Assembly: GCA_965277805.1 (NCBI GenBank)
Contig: OZ255842.1
Span: 3,456,001-3,520,000 of the forward strand
From: Candidatus Lustribacter sp.
GTDB taxonomy: Bacteria > Vulcanimicrobiota > Vulcanimicrobiia > Vulcanimicrobiales > Vulcanimicrobiaceae
DNA length: 64,000 nucleotides
Direction: 5' to 3'
Shown: one piece after another, positions 48,659-58,451 of the stretch
Numbering within the stretch: the stretch's first letter is position 1
Layout of the letters: each line of letters starts with the position of its first letter
Translations under genes and position numbers: made by a program
The notes under the pieces: model-generated
What the model was told of the DNA's origin: nothing
Databases searched by the model: none
What the model saw: only the letters and a program-made list of their open reading frames with translations

Positions 48659-49287
48659 ATACGCCGCCGCGAGCGCAACACCGCGTCGTGCACGATTACG
48701 GCGGCGCCGCTTGCGTCGGTGACGTCGCGGGGACGCGCCGCTTGGACGAGCGTCTCCCATGCCTGCGGATGGAGTAGCCCCGCGATTTCCTCTGCCGTGT
48801 ACAGCACGCCCGGCATGCGCGGCCGGCGCACCGTCGTTTCGAGATCGCTGGGATGATGCCCGACGATCAGCAGCGTGCCGCCAATAGCCACCGCCGCAGC
48901 GAGACGCCGAAATACGGCGTCGCGCAGCGGCGGGGCAAGCTGCATGAACTGCGCCGACACGAGATCGTATGACCGTTCGGGCGTCCACGTCGCTATGTCG
49001 CCTTGCCGCCAGTCGATCCGCTCCGAGACGGGGGCATTCGTAGCGGCTTTGCGCGCGCGCTCCAACGCCACGCCGGAAATATCGATCGCCGTGACGTGCC
49101 AGCCGCGCTCGGCGAGCCACACTGCGTCGGCACCCTCGCCGCAGCCGACGTCGAGCGCGGTTCCGGGCATGAGCCCGGAAACCTCGGCAACCAGCTGCGG
49201 GTTCGGATCGCCGGACCAGATCTCGTCGGCTGAACGATAGCGTTTGTCCCAAAAGCTCGCGTCGGACACAGCGTCAGATTGCGTCAT
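48655..49287 (-). CDS. Class I SAM-dependent methyltransferase
   Basis: FWDKRY, WSGDPN, ALDVGCGEGADA motif I. Confidence 0.9.
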   Translation of the reverse strand: MTQSDAVSDASFWDKRYRSADEIWSGDPNPQLVAEVSGLMPGTALDVGCGEGADAVWLAERGWHVTAIDISGVALERARKAATNAPVSERIDWRQGDIATWTPERSYDLVSAQFMQLAPPLRDAVFRRLAAAVAIGGTLLIVGHHPSDLETTVRRPRMPGVLYTAEEIAGLLHPQAWETLVQAARPRDVTDASGAAVIVHDAVLRSRRRI

Positions 49288-49383
49288 CGTCGCACGACAG
49301 TCCGCTCACGGAGCGTCTCATCGCGACAAGATCCAGGTTCGGCTCCGCCGCACGCATAACGATTGCTGCCGGAGGGATGTCGC

Positions 49384-50319
49384 ATGAAGAGACCCGCATT
49401 CCTTGCCGGCACTTTGGCAGCGTGCACTGCGTCGGCGCTCGCCACCGACCTGACGACCGTGCGCGTCGCCGGGACTCCCGATACGGACATCACCGGCACC
49501 CTGTGGGGCGTGCGCTCCGGAATCTTCGAGCGCGCCGGGCTGAACGTGCAAGTACAGCGGTTGAACAGCGGCTCCGCAACCGTCTCGGGGGTCATCGGCG
49601 AGTCGATCGACATCGGTAAGTCGAGCGTCTTCGGCCTGATCGCGGCGTACAACAAAGGCGTGCCGCTGGTCCTCGAAGCCGTGGCCGACATCTACGACGC
49701 GAACGCACCCAATACAGCGTTCGTCGTAGGGAAAAATAGCCCGATCGGCGGGCCGCGTGATTTAGCCGGAAAGACGATCGCTAGCCCGTCCCTCGGCGAT
49801 CTGTTCTCGACGGTCAGCGCCGCCTGGATCGACGCGAACGGCGGCAATTCGAAGGCCAGCAACTTCATCGAACTTCCGATCCCCCTGATCGCAAACGCGA
49901 TTTCGGCCGGACGCGTCGACGGCGCGATGCTCGTCGATCCGTACTATCATGAGGCGACCGATGCCGGTTGCCGCACCCTCGGCTACGCGTTCAACGTCAT
50001 TGCGAAGCGCTTCGGGGTGACGTATTATTTTTGCGCCAAATCGTACGCCCAAGCGAATGCCGACATCCTCGCGCGCTTCCGCCGCGGCCTCGCCGAGGCG
50101 ACGACTTATGCGCTCGCGCACCCGAGCGAGGTGGTCCCGGTGATCGCCGACTACACCAAGTTGGACCGGGCGCTGATCGAGAAGATGCCGCTCGACATCG
50201 GCGTCGGGATCGACCGAGCCCCCTTGCAGGCTGTGATCGACTTCGCCGCGCGCATCAAATCGATTCCGGCGCCCTTCCCGGCCGCGCAAATCATCGACCC
50301 GGCCGCGCTCCGCGCCTAG
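49384..50319 (+). CDS. ABC substrate-binding protein (SsuA/NMT1-like)
   Basis: MKRPAFLAG signal, GIFERAGL, DLAGKTIA, GRVDGA; GGAGGG RBS. Confidence 0.86.
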   Translation: MKRPAFLAGTLAACTASALATDLTTVRVAGTPDTDITGTLWGVRSGIFERAGLNVQVQRLNSGSATVSGVIGESIDIGKSSVFGLIAAYNKGVPLVLEAVADIYDANAPNTAFVVGKNSPIGGPRDLAGKTIASPSLGDLFSTVSAAWIDANGGNSKASNFIELPIPLIANAISAGRVDGAMLVDPYYHEATDAGCRTLGYAFNVIAKRFGVTYYFCAKSYAQANADILARFRRGLAEATTYALAHPSEVVPVIADYTKLDRALIEKMPLDIGVGIDRAPLQAVIDFAARIKSIPAPFPAAQIIDPAALRA

Positions 50320-50333
50320 GTCTATTGATAGGG

Positions 50334-52064
50334 TTACTTGACGTACGTCATCGCGACGGCACCGCCGGCCGGCGTGAGCGTTTGTGTCAAGGTGCCGGTT
50401 GGACCGTAGATCTTGACGCTCGTTCCGTTGAGTGCGAAAACGTCGCCGCTAGAATCCGCGCCGATCATATTGGCTGTAAAGCCCACCGTCACCTGAACGC
50501 TCGCGCTCTCGTTCGTGGTGAATGGTGCTGAATATTTGCGCAGGCTCACGTCGTTGAGTTGCGCCCAGAGGTTTCCGTTGGAATCGAATGTGACACCGCC
50601 GTCCGGTTGAGAGCCGCCGAGCGAAATCAGAGTTGGAGCTCCGTACGGAACGGAGAAAACCGCCAATTCGTATGGCGTCGGAAGCGTGCCGACCGCGACC
50701 GTGCCCCCTGGTGAAACGGCGATCCAACCGCCGATTCCCGTCGCAAGCATTGTCGGCGCCGAGAATGCCGGCTGCCCGAATGAGAGGGTCGTCGCGCTAG
50801 GATATGTCTCAGTCGTCACCGCGTTGCCGAACGAATCAATGACGATCCCGAACGCGTTCACTCCGCTTGCAACCGTCATTGGCGAAGCCGTATACGGTGC
50901 CGCGAGTTCCTTGAGATTTCCGGAATCCTGGAAGAGCAGATTACCCGAAGCCGTCATCGCGGGAGCGGTCGGCAGACCGACGTTCGTATTTCTCACCGGT
51001 GCACCGGAATAGGGCGGCACGAAGATCGAGATGCTTGCCGGCGAGCCGGGCGGGGGAAACGGCGGCGAGCCCGCGTCGAGCACGATTGCGTCACCGTTCG
51101 GTGCGTACGTCACCCCTTCCGGATCCGAGACGGTGCCGGTGCTTGACGCCGCGAGCGTCCACGTCACATCGTCCGGCGACGTGTACGCTGCAAAGCCGTG
51201 GAAGCCGGCCACGAATAACTTATGCGGCGGAGTCGAGATGGCGACACTCGCACTGCAAACGACGCCGCTACTCGTACACGAGAATCCACCGGTGGATGGT
51301 GCGGCTGTGACCGTGAGGGTGCTGCTGCCCGCGGCGGATGCTGCGAGCAGAACCTGGTTCGGCGTGCCGGCCTGCGGTTGCGTGACGCTAAAATTGTTGC
51401 CCGTCGTGCCGGCGATGAATGTGGGTGCGCCCGCACCCATGATAATGTTCGAAGCGGCGTCGAGCGCTTCGACGGTGAGCGCTTGCGCTGTATACCCCAC
51501 GACAAATCCAGCACCCGTCTGTGTACCGGTGATGGTCGATCCGGATGCCGGTGCGATGACGATCGACGCGGGCACGCCGTCGAGTGTGATCGCGACGAGG
51601 TTCGTTTGGCCGGCGACGGCGACCATCGGGATACTCTGTCCACTCGATAGCACCGCGCCCGTCGCGGCTCCGCTCACAACAGGCCCCGCGTAGGTGACAA
51701 ATGTCCCCGTGTACGAGCCGGCCGCGAGTCCGAGCAGCACGGTGCACGTCGTGGCTCCGGCGGAAACCGAGCAGTTCGCCGGATTGCTAGCAACGGTCAA
51801 CCCAACGGCTTGCTGCAGCACCGTGGCCGCGCCCGCTTGCACGACGACCGACAACGATTGTGTCGATGGCGAGACGTAGGTCGGGCGAAGCCGTCCAGCC
51901 GCCATCCGCGGTGCAGGCACAATGACCGTCAATTCAAGGCTCGTCTTCGCGAGCGTCGTGGAAACAGGCGGAGCAACGTTGCCGCTGCTGCTGGCCCCGC
52001 CGCTGCATGCAGCCAATGCTAAGACGTTGACGATCAGCGCGAGCCGCAGACGTTGCGTTTGCAT
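50334..52064 (-). CDS. Surface lipoprotein with Ig-like N-half and probable beta-propeller C-half
   Basis: Lipobox LAAC-SGG, RLRPTYVSPSTQS motif, C-terminal NHL-like repeats (DSFGN, FDSNGNLW, ADSSGDVF); start ATG 52064 or 52082. Confidence 0.72.
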   Translation of the reverse strand: MQTQRLRLALIVNVLALAACSGGASSSGNVAPPVSTTLAKTSLELTVIVPAPRMAAGRLRPTYVSPSTQSLSVVVQAGAATVLQQAVGLTVASNPANCSVSAGATTCTVLLGLAAGSYTGTFVTYAGPVVSGAATGAVLSSGQSIPMVAVAGQTNLVAITLDGVPASIVIAPASGSTITGTQTGAGFVVGYTAQALTVEALDAASNIIMGAGAPTFIAGTTGNNFSVTQPQAGTPNQVLLAASAAGSSTLTVTAAPSTGGFSCTSSGVVCSASVAISTPPHKLFVAGFHGFAAYTSPDDVTWTLAASSTGTVSDPEGVTYAPNGDAIVLDAGSPPFPPPGSPASISIFVPPYSGAPVRNTNVGLPTAPAMTASGNLLFQDSGNLKELAAPYTASPMTVASGVNAFGIVIDSFGNAVTTETYPSATTLSFGQPAFSAPTMLATGIGGWIAVSPGGTVAVGTLPTPYELAVFSVPYGAPTLISLGGSQPDGGVTFDSNGNLWAQLNDVSLRKYSAPFTTNESASVQVTVGFTANMIGADSSGDVFALNGTSVKIYGPTGTLTQTLTPAGGAVAMTYVK

Positions 52065-52078
52065 TATGCGCACCTCTC

Positions 52079-53098
52079 TCATCTGTGGCCCAACGATTGA
52101 ATGACGGCATTGGTCTGGGTGACGGTCACCGTAAACGGCGCAGCCGTGCCGCCGGCACTGCTGGAGATCGACCCGGTGCAGGTCCCCGCTGCCGGCGAGA
52201 GTGCAGACACTGCAACGGAAAACATCACCGGCGCTCCGGGTGCAGAAGCGGTGGACGAACCGACGGCGGCAATTGTTGCGACAGTGCCCGGGAGACTATT
52301 CGCTCCTATGGTACACGCCATTGTTGGAATGAACGTCGGCGCGAAGCCGCTCTGTGTCACGGTTAGCGTCTGCGCCGTCGGCGAGCCGCCGATCACGAGC
52401 GCTGCACTATTTGGCGTGATGCTCACCGCTACGGTCGCAGGAGCGGCGGTTGGGCTAGGCGCCGGTGAAGCTGTCGCGGTAAATCGCAGCAGAGCAAAAT
52501 TTGCCGGGACGTTTGCCGCAAGAGCAAACGGCAATCCGCTCGATGCGAACGTCAACGTCGATGCAACGATCGTTGCCGGGCCTGCCCAGGTCAGATTCCA
52601 GCCCGTTACAGGATCATAGAACGCGAGCATGTACGTCGCCCCCGCAACAATCGTGTTCGCCGGCAACTCAAGTGTGAACACCGGCGCCGCGCCGAACGAG
52701 ATCGTTGCCGAAGACGTAACGATGATCGAGGAGACGGTGTCGATGTTCGCGAGGCCGAGCGGCTTTCGTGTCAGCGCGGAACTACTGATCGGAAGGGACG
52801 GCAACGTTTTTACCGGCGACGGCTGCACCGTCACCACGAACCTTACGCCGGCGAGCCCGAGCAGCGGCGCCGGGGCCGCGATCGTACCCGAGAGAATCTC
52901 TTGCGTCGGGGGCAACGTGAGAGCGAATGTGCTACCGCCACCGCCCGAGGCTTGCGTCGCAGAAAACGGAAGGGCAGGGGTAATCGGCGTCGTTTGGACC
53001 GTCGAAGGTGCGCAACTCACCATTGCCTGCGCGACTGTCATCAGAAGAAAAAAGCGTATCGCGCAACCGCGTCGCAAAAGGTGATGCATAGAACTCAC
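52079..53098 (-). CDS. Putative lipoprotein / secreted beta-rich protein
   Basis: Basic N-terminus, hydrophobic stretch, MVSC-APS weak lipobox; T/S/A/P-rich; ATGA overlap with the next ORF. Confidence 0.65.
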   Translation of the reverse strand: MSSMHHLLRRGCAIRFFLLMTVAQAMVSCAPSTVQTTPITPALPFSATQASGGGGSTFALTLPPTQEILSGTIAAPAPLLGLAGVRFVVTVQPSPVKTLPSLPISSSALTRKPLGLANIDTVSSIIVTSSATISFGAAPVFTLELPANTIVAGATYMLAFYDPVTGWNLTWAGPATIVASTLTFASSGLPFALAANVPANFALLRFTATASPAPSPTAAPATVAVSITPNSAALVIGGSPTAQTLTVTQSGFAPTFIPTMACTIGANSLPGTVATIAAVGSSTASAPGAPVMFSVAVSALSPAAGTCTGSISSSAGGTAAPFTVTVTQTNAVIQSLGHR

Positions 53099-53214
53099 GT
53101 CCTGTTGTCATCGGCCGGGACAATCCACAACGTGAGGCCGTTCTTACGTTCGGCCGACGACAGCGCCGAACTTTAGGCATGAAAACAATCAGGTCGAGAT
53201 AAACAAACAAGAAT

Positions 53215-53973
53215 CTACACGCCGCCGTACCGTTCGGTGTGGATGAGCCCGGAGGGCACGCCGGCGGCGACGGCGCCGTCCGCACCCGCGTTAACGAATG
53301 AGTTCGTGCCGCAGACGAAGACGGCTTTTGGCGGTGCCGGCAGTTGACTGAGAAGTTCACGAACGATCGTCCCGTCGATTCGGCGCATGTAGTCGCCGGG
53401 ACGCTGCGCCGGTTCACGCGTAATCGCGAACACCAGCTTGAACGTCGGATCGTCGTTAGCATATTGCAGGAGCTCTCCGCGGAAAGGAATGTCGCTCCAC
53501 GTTCGGGCCGACACGAGTAATAGCGCCGGCACGAGCGACTTCTTCGCACGGCGATGACGCAGCATCGACATGAGCGGCACCGTGCCTGAGCCGCCGCCGA
53601 TGAGAAGGAGTGGCCCTCCGTCCGCGACGTCCCAGACAAAGTAGCCGCCGATTGGTCCGCGGAGTTCGATGATGTCGCCCGCCCTTGCGACATCATGGAA
53701 GAACGACGAGACCTCGCCGTTATCGACCTTCTCGATTGCAAGTTCGAGATCGCCCTTGTCTTCCGGCCCGGATGCGATCGAGTAACTCCGTTCAGCCCGG
53801 TAGCCATCGGCCGCCGTGAGGCGGATGTCGACGTGTTGCCCCGCTTGGATCCGAAGCGACTGCGGCAGGCGAAAGAAAAAGCTCTTGATGCGTGGGGTGT
53901 TCTCGACGATTCTCGTAATGGTGGCGTCCTGCCAGCGCAGTGTGACAGGCGCAACTCGCGGTGCATCAGTCAC
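53215..53973 (-). CDS. FAD/NAD(P)-binding oxidoreductase (ferredoxin reductase-like)
   Basis: RSYSIAS, GEVS, GGGSGTVP, CG; no 2Fe-2S domain. Confidence 0.9.
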   Translation of the reverse strand: MTDAPRVAPVTLRWQDATITRIVENTPRIKSFFFRLPQSLRIQAGQHVDIRLTAADGYRAERSYSIASGPEDKGDLELAIEKVDNGEVSSFFHDVARAGDIIELRGPIGGYFVWDVADGGPLLLIGGGSGTVPLMSMLRHRRAKKSLVPALLLVSARTWSDIPFRGELLQYANDDPTFKLVFAITREPAQRPGDYMRRIDGTIVRELLSQLPAPPKAVFVCGTNSFVNAGADGAVAAGVPSGLIHTERYGGV

Positions 53974-54568
53974 CGCTGTAGCGTTCCTCTTTCCACGGAT
54001 CGCCGTGGTCGTTGTAACCGCGCGTCTCCCAAAAGCCGGGTGTGTCTTTCGAAATGAATTGAATCGCGTTCACCCATTTGGCCGATTTCCAGAAGTAGAG
54101 GTGCGGAACAAGGAGCCGAGCGGGGCCACCGTGGTCGGGTGGAATCGGCATACCATCGTATTTAAGGGCGACCATCGCCTTGCCGTTGCTCACGTCGGAT
54201 GTGGGCAGATTAGTCGAGTACCCGTCGTAGGAATGCGCAAGCAAAAAGGGGAGCGGATCAGTTAACCCGGCGTCCCGCAGCAGATCGTCGACAGCGACGC
54301 CTTGCCACTTTGTGTTGAACTTTGTCCACGTTGTAACACAGTGGATATCGCGAATGACGCTCGTTTGCGGCAACGCGTTGAACTCGGCCCACGTCCACGT
54401 CTTAATGGGCCTGGGCCCAACGCGAAGCGCGAACGTCCATTTGTCGAGTTGAACTTTGGGCGTGGGGCCCAACGAGAGCACGGGGAAGTCTTGGGTCAGG
54501 TGCTGTCCCGGGGGGAGCCGTCCGCCCGAATCCTCCGAGCGGCGGCCGACAAAGCCGCGTGTTGGCAT
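53966..54568 (-). CDS. Sulfite oxidase-like molybdopterin-binding oxidoreductase
   Basis: RLPPGQ, DIHCVTTW (Mo-ligand Cys), HGGPARLLVPHLYFWKSAKWV, GFWE. Confidence 0.92.
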   Translation of the reverse strand: MPTRGFVGRRSEDSGGRLPPGQHLTQDFPVLSLGPTPKVQLDKWTFALRVGPRPIKTWTWAEFNALPQTSVIRDIHCVTTWTKFNTKWQGVAVDDLLRDAGLTDPLPFLLAHSYDGYSTNLPTSDVSNGKAMVALKYDGMPIPPDHGGPARLLVPHLYFWKSAKWVNAIQFISKDTPGFWETRGYNDHGDPWKEERYSGD

Positions 54569-54674
54569 GCATCGATCTCCTATAGGGAGCGGATTTCCCC
54601 GCCTTCTATCCGGATCGTTGTACCCGTAAGCCAGCGGGGCAGGATCGAGGCATCGGCACCAACGGGCCGCTGAC

Positions 54675-55502
54675 TTATTTAACCGTCAGGTTGAACACGA
54701 CGGGAGCAAAGAGACCCTTGATGCTATCCACCGTTATGGTGAGTGGGCCGTTTCCGTTCGTTATGACCAACGGGCTTTGCGCACCGCTCGGCGTTAAGAT
54801 GAACATCGGGAGATCGGCTTTCCCTGAGGAATCCGTGAAGGTCATCTCCGCGTTCTGGCTGATGAGACCGCCGACTTCCGGTAATTTCATGTCGCAATGC
54901 ATCGCGCGATTCGGCATCAGACACTCCCACATCACCTGGACATTCGGCACCGGATTACCGGCGCGGTCGACGATTTGCACTTCCATGCCCGAGAAATATG
55001 CTTCGCCGCCCGTTTGAAGTTGTGGGTTCGCCGGCCAAACGGCGGTTTGATTATTCCCGAACACGATCTTCGCGACGTACGCCGGCGGAGGGGGCGTCGT
55101 CACCGTTAGACTGAACGACTCGTGCGGTTCGACGTTCGCGGGAATGTTCGAGGGCCCGGTAACATTCACCAAACACGTGCCGGCGGCGGAGGCCGTCACC
55201 GAAATGGTGGACTGGATGGGCGAAAGCGCATCAACGACCGGCGTTATTTTGCACTGAGCCGAATCGTTGGCAGCATCGACCGACCAAACGACGTTTCTCG
55301 AACCCTCGACGCCGAGCGGCGTCTGCACCAGTAATTTCGCCGACAACGTATTTGGGAACGTCGCCGGGAATTTGGTGACGTTCATCTTCTGCGCGTCACC
55401 GCTCACTTTTTGAATCGAAACGGGGCTGGCAGCAAGACTGGGCGTCATGCCGAGACAAATCCAAGCCAAGCTGACAACCAAGACGAATGAACGTTTGACC
55501 AT
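54675..55502 (-). CDS. Secreted hypothetical protein with Ig-like (Big_1-like) domain
   Basis: Signal peptide; VSGDAQ/VFGNNQ, VDRAGNPVPNVQV, TDSSGKA motifs. Confidence 0.65.
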   Translation of the reverse strand: MVKRSFVLVVSLAWICLGMTPSLAASPVSIQKVSGDAQKMNVTKFPATFPNTLSAKLLVQTPLGVEGSRNVVWSVDAANDSAQCKITPVVDALSPIQSTISVTASAAGTCLVNVTGPSNIPANVEPHESFSLTVTTPPPPAYVAKIVFGNNQTAVWPANPQLQTGGEAYFSGMEVQIVDRAGNPVPNVQVMWECLMPNRAMHCDMKLPEVGGLISQNAEMTFTDSSGKADLPMFILTPSGAQSPLVITNGNGPLTITVDSIKGLFAPVVFNLTVK

Positions 55503-55598
55503 ACGATCTCAATCGGCAGCTTGTTCCACGAAAGTGAGGCGTCGCTTTGCCGCCTACTAACGCAAAGGAGCCTTCAATGGCGCGCTTGGGGATGCAGA

Positions 55599-56537
55599 TC
55601 ACACGCCGGGCGCGCGCAGTTCCGCGGCCGAAAACGGCTGCGGAATGAACCCGTAGCGAGCCATGACGTTGATGACCGGCTGAATGAGGCTCGGGTCGAT
55701 CTTCGTCGCAAAGACCGTGCGCGGATACGAAGCGATCACTGCCGGGTCGATCTTCGTCAGCTGCGCTAAGAGCACCGCGACCTCGGCGTGGTTGCCGTTC
55801 GTCCAGTTTGCCGTCTTCAGCAGCGCAGCGGCAACACGGCGCGTGAGCTCCGGATTCTGCGTAGCCCATTCCTTGTTGCTGATTGCGCCGGTCGTCTGGA
55901 ACGGCTTTCCGTCGTTGACGGCCTCGTAGGGGAAGCCGATCGTCTTCACTTTGTCTTTGATCGCGCTATAGCCCGGCTCGACGATCACCGCGGCGTCAAG
56001 ACGTCCCGCCAAGATCGCCGGCCCCATCTGCACCATCGGAATCTCGAAAAATTTCGACGCGTGCGAATCACCCCCACGCTTGTCGATCCAGGCCATCGCG
56101 GCGGCTTGCACCATGTCGCTGAGCGTCGTGACGCCGATCGTCTTGCCGGCGAGACCCTTGGCATCGTCGATCGGGGAGTTGGGCGCGACGATCATGTGCG
56201 CCAGCGGTGCGCTCGGCGAGTAGAGCCCTCCTGGTCCGATCACATAGATGGGCAAGCCGCGCACGTGTGCCGATGAGAGCGAGCCGCTGTTCGTCACGCC
56301 GACGTTGAGCGTGCCGTTGATCACCGCCGTCGTTACCAGGCCGCCGCCGTTGAACAGCGCCACATCGACGTCGAGACCGGCGTCACGGAAAAAGCCCTTT
56401 TGCACCGCGTAATATGGCAGCGCGAATTCCTCGACCGGGCCGGTTCCGGCGTGCAGGCTCGGAGCGGCCGCACGAACGACGGCAGGGATGAACGCAGCTG
56501 CTGAACCTGCCACGCGAACAAAGTGCGATCGTTTCAT
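55599..56537 (-). CDS. ABC substrate-binding protein (SsuA/NMT1-like)
   Basis: MKRSHFV signal, GFFRDAGLDV, LAGKTIG, GRLDAAVIVEP; start ATG 56537. Confidence 0.87.
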   Translation of the reverse strand: MKRSHFVRVAGSAAAFIPAVVRAAAPSLHAGTGPVEEFALPYYAVQKGFFRDAGLDVDVALFNGGGLVTTAVINGTLNVGVTNSGSLSSAHVRGLPIYVIGPGGLYSPSAPLAHMIVAPNSPIDDAKGLAGKTIGVTTLSDMVQAAAMAWIDKRGGDSHASKFFEIPMVQMGPAILAGRLDAAVIVEPGYSAIKDKVKTIGFPYEAVNDGKPFQTTGAISNKEWATQNPELTRRVAAALLKTANWTNGNHAEVAVLLAQLTKIDPAVIASYPRTVFATKIDPSLIQPVINVMARYGFIPQPFSAAELRAPGV

Positions 56538-56592
56538 CGGATGGTCTCCAGAGATCCTCGAGTTCGGAAGGAAGGCCATTTGGGGACAGATA

Positions 56593-56606
56593 ATTTGGTA
56601 CCAAAT
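56593..56606. promoter_or_regulatory. Perfect 14-bp palindrome, putative MarR operator
   Basis: ATTTGGTACCAAAT overlapping the marR ATG and a GATAAT -10-like hexamer. Confidence 0.7.
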
Positions 56607-57072
56607 GACTTTACCGGCGCTTTCGCCGCGTTCTCGACAGATTCCGTCCGCAGGCGGCCCCGGTCATCTCATTCGTCGCGCGCATCGCGCCGTCGCGAGC
56701 ACGATGGGTGAGGTACTGTCCGAACTCGGCATCGCGGTGAACCACTATTTTTATCTGCGAGCGTTGTTCGAACAGGACGGCTTGACGCCGGCAGAACTGA
56801 GCGCGCGCATTGGTATGGACCGCGCTACCGTGACAAACGTGCTCGACACGATGCAGGCCCAGGACCTCGTGCGCCGCGCGCCACATCCGCATGACCGCCG
56901 GCGTGTCTGCATCTTTCTGACGGCTCGCGGCGAGGGGCTGCGTGAACCGGTGCTCGACGCGATGGCCACGGTTAACGCAACGGCAGTCGAGGGCATTTCG
57001 GCAGCCGAATTCGAGCACTTCCGAACGACGATCGAAAAGATCATCGCCAACCTCACGAGTCAACCATGCTGA
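56605..57072 (+). CDS. MarR family transcriptional regulator
   Basis: GHLIRRAHR, GLTPAELS...MDRATVT, DRRRVCIFLTARG; start ATG 56605. Confidence 0.88.
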   Translation: MTLPALSPRSRQIPSAGGPGHLIRRAHRAVASTMGEVLSELGIAVNHYFYLRALFEQDGLTPAELSARIGMDRATVTNVLDTMQAQDLVRRAPHPHDRRRVCIFLTARGEGLREPVLDAMATVNATAVEGISAAEFEHFRTTIEKIIANLTSQPC

Positions 57073-58388
57073 GCAAAGAAGACAACGAACTCCTCACCCG
57101 CATCGGACCCGGCACGCCGATGGGCAACCTGCTACGCTGCTACTGGTTCCCGTTTCTCCTCAGTCGCGACGTGCATGCCGACGGCAAGCCGGAACGGTTG
57201 CAACTGCTTGGTGAAGATCTGCTGGCCTTTCGCGACACGAACGGCGCGGTGGGCTTAGTCGCCGAACGCTGCCCGCACCGGCGCGCAAGTTTGTATTTCG
57301 GCCGCAACGAGCAGTGTGGAATTCGTTGTATCTACCACGGTTGGAAATTCGACGTCCACGGAACCTGCATCGATCAGCCGAGTGAGCCGGAAGGCAGCTC
57401 GTTCAAAGATAAGATTCGCATCGCGTCCTATCCCTGTGTCGAGCGCGGCGGTTTCGTTTGGACGTACATGGGCGTACTGCCAGCCCCGCCGCTGCCGCGA
57501 TTCGAATGGATGGAACTTCCCGAAGAGCGGCTGATCGCCTCAATGCGCGTGCAGTGCTCGAATTGGGCACAAGCACTCGAAGGGGATTTCGACCAGAGCC
57601 ACGTTTCATTTTTGCACAGTCGGCTCGACGTGAGCGATGCAGAAAACGCGACCATCACGACCTCGCTCGTCGACCGCATCCGGGCCGAGGATCGCCACCC
57701 CGTCTTCGAGGTCGAGTCAACGCCGTACGGCACGTGCATCGCAGCAGGCCGCAGGGCTCCCGGCGGCCAGCGCTATTGGCGTCTCACCCAGCATCTGATG
57801 CCGAACTATTCGATGACCGGCCCATACGGTCCCAATCCGAAGCGCTTTTGGCGGGTGTGGGTGCCGATGGACGATCATACCGTGGTCGTGCTCGGCGTCA
57901 TGTACCATCCGCTGCGGGCGCTCACCGACGAGGAGCGAGCGCTCGAGCTGACCCGTTCATCGGTCTCCAATATAGCGCCGGAGTTTCGCGCGCCGGCCAC
58001 CTCAAAGCCGTTCGGACGATATCGCGCGCTGGCGTCGATCGATAATGACTTTTTCCAAGACCGCGAGCTACAGCAGACTCGCTCGTACTCGGGTATTCCG
58101 GAGTTTTGGGCGCAGGATGCAGCGATGCAGGTCAGCATGGGTGCCATCTGCGAGCGCAACCTCGAGCACCTCGGCACGAGTGACTCGGCGATCATTGCAG
58201 TTCGTAAACGCTTGCTGACGGCCGCCAAAGAGTTGCGCGATCGCGAGACCGTGCCGGGCGAGATCGCTGACCCGGATTGCTACTACACGCGCTCGGACGC
58301 GATACTGCTACCGGCCGACGCGCCCTGGTTCGCCGCAACCGCCGAGCGCCGCGCGATCGCAGCCGGCATCAACCCCGACTGCCCCTGA
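57066..58388 (+). CDS. Rieske non-heme iron oxygenase alpha subunit (phthalate 4,5-dioxygenase-like)
   Basis: MLSKEDNELLTRIGPGTPMG, CPHRRASL...CIYHGWKFD, EGDFDQSHVSFLH, QDAAMQVSMG. Confidence 0.92.
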   Translation: MLSKEDNELLTRIGPGTPMGNLLRCYWFPFLLSRDVHADGKPERLQLLGEDLLAFRDTNGAVGLVAERCPHRRASLYFGRNEQCGIRCIYHGWKFDVHGTCIDQPSEPEGSSFKDKIRIASYPCVERGGFVWTYMGVLPAPPLPRFEWMELPEERLIASMRVQCSNWAQALEGDFDQSHVSFLHSRLDVSDAENATITTSLVDRIRAEDRHPVFEVESTPYGTCIAAGRRAPGGQRYWRLTQHLMPNYSMTGPYGPNPKRFWRVWVPMDDHTVVVLGVMYHPLRALTDEERALELTRSSVSNIAPEFRAPATSKPFGRYRALASIDNDFFQDRELQQTRSYSGIPEFWAQDAAMQVSMGAICERNLEHLGTSDSAIIAVRKRLLTAAKELRDRETVPGEIADPDCYYTRSDAILLPADAPWFAATAERRAIAAGINPDCP

Positions 58389-58451
58389 CCGCTCGCAGGT
58401 TCTCCCAATTTCACCATTTCGTGAAGACGCGCTCATAACGCGGCCGACGCC

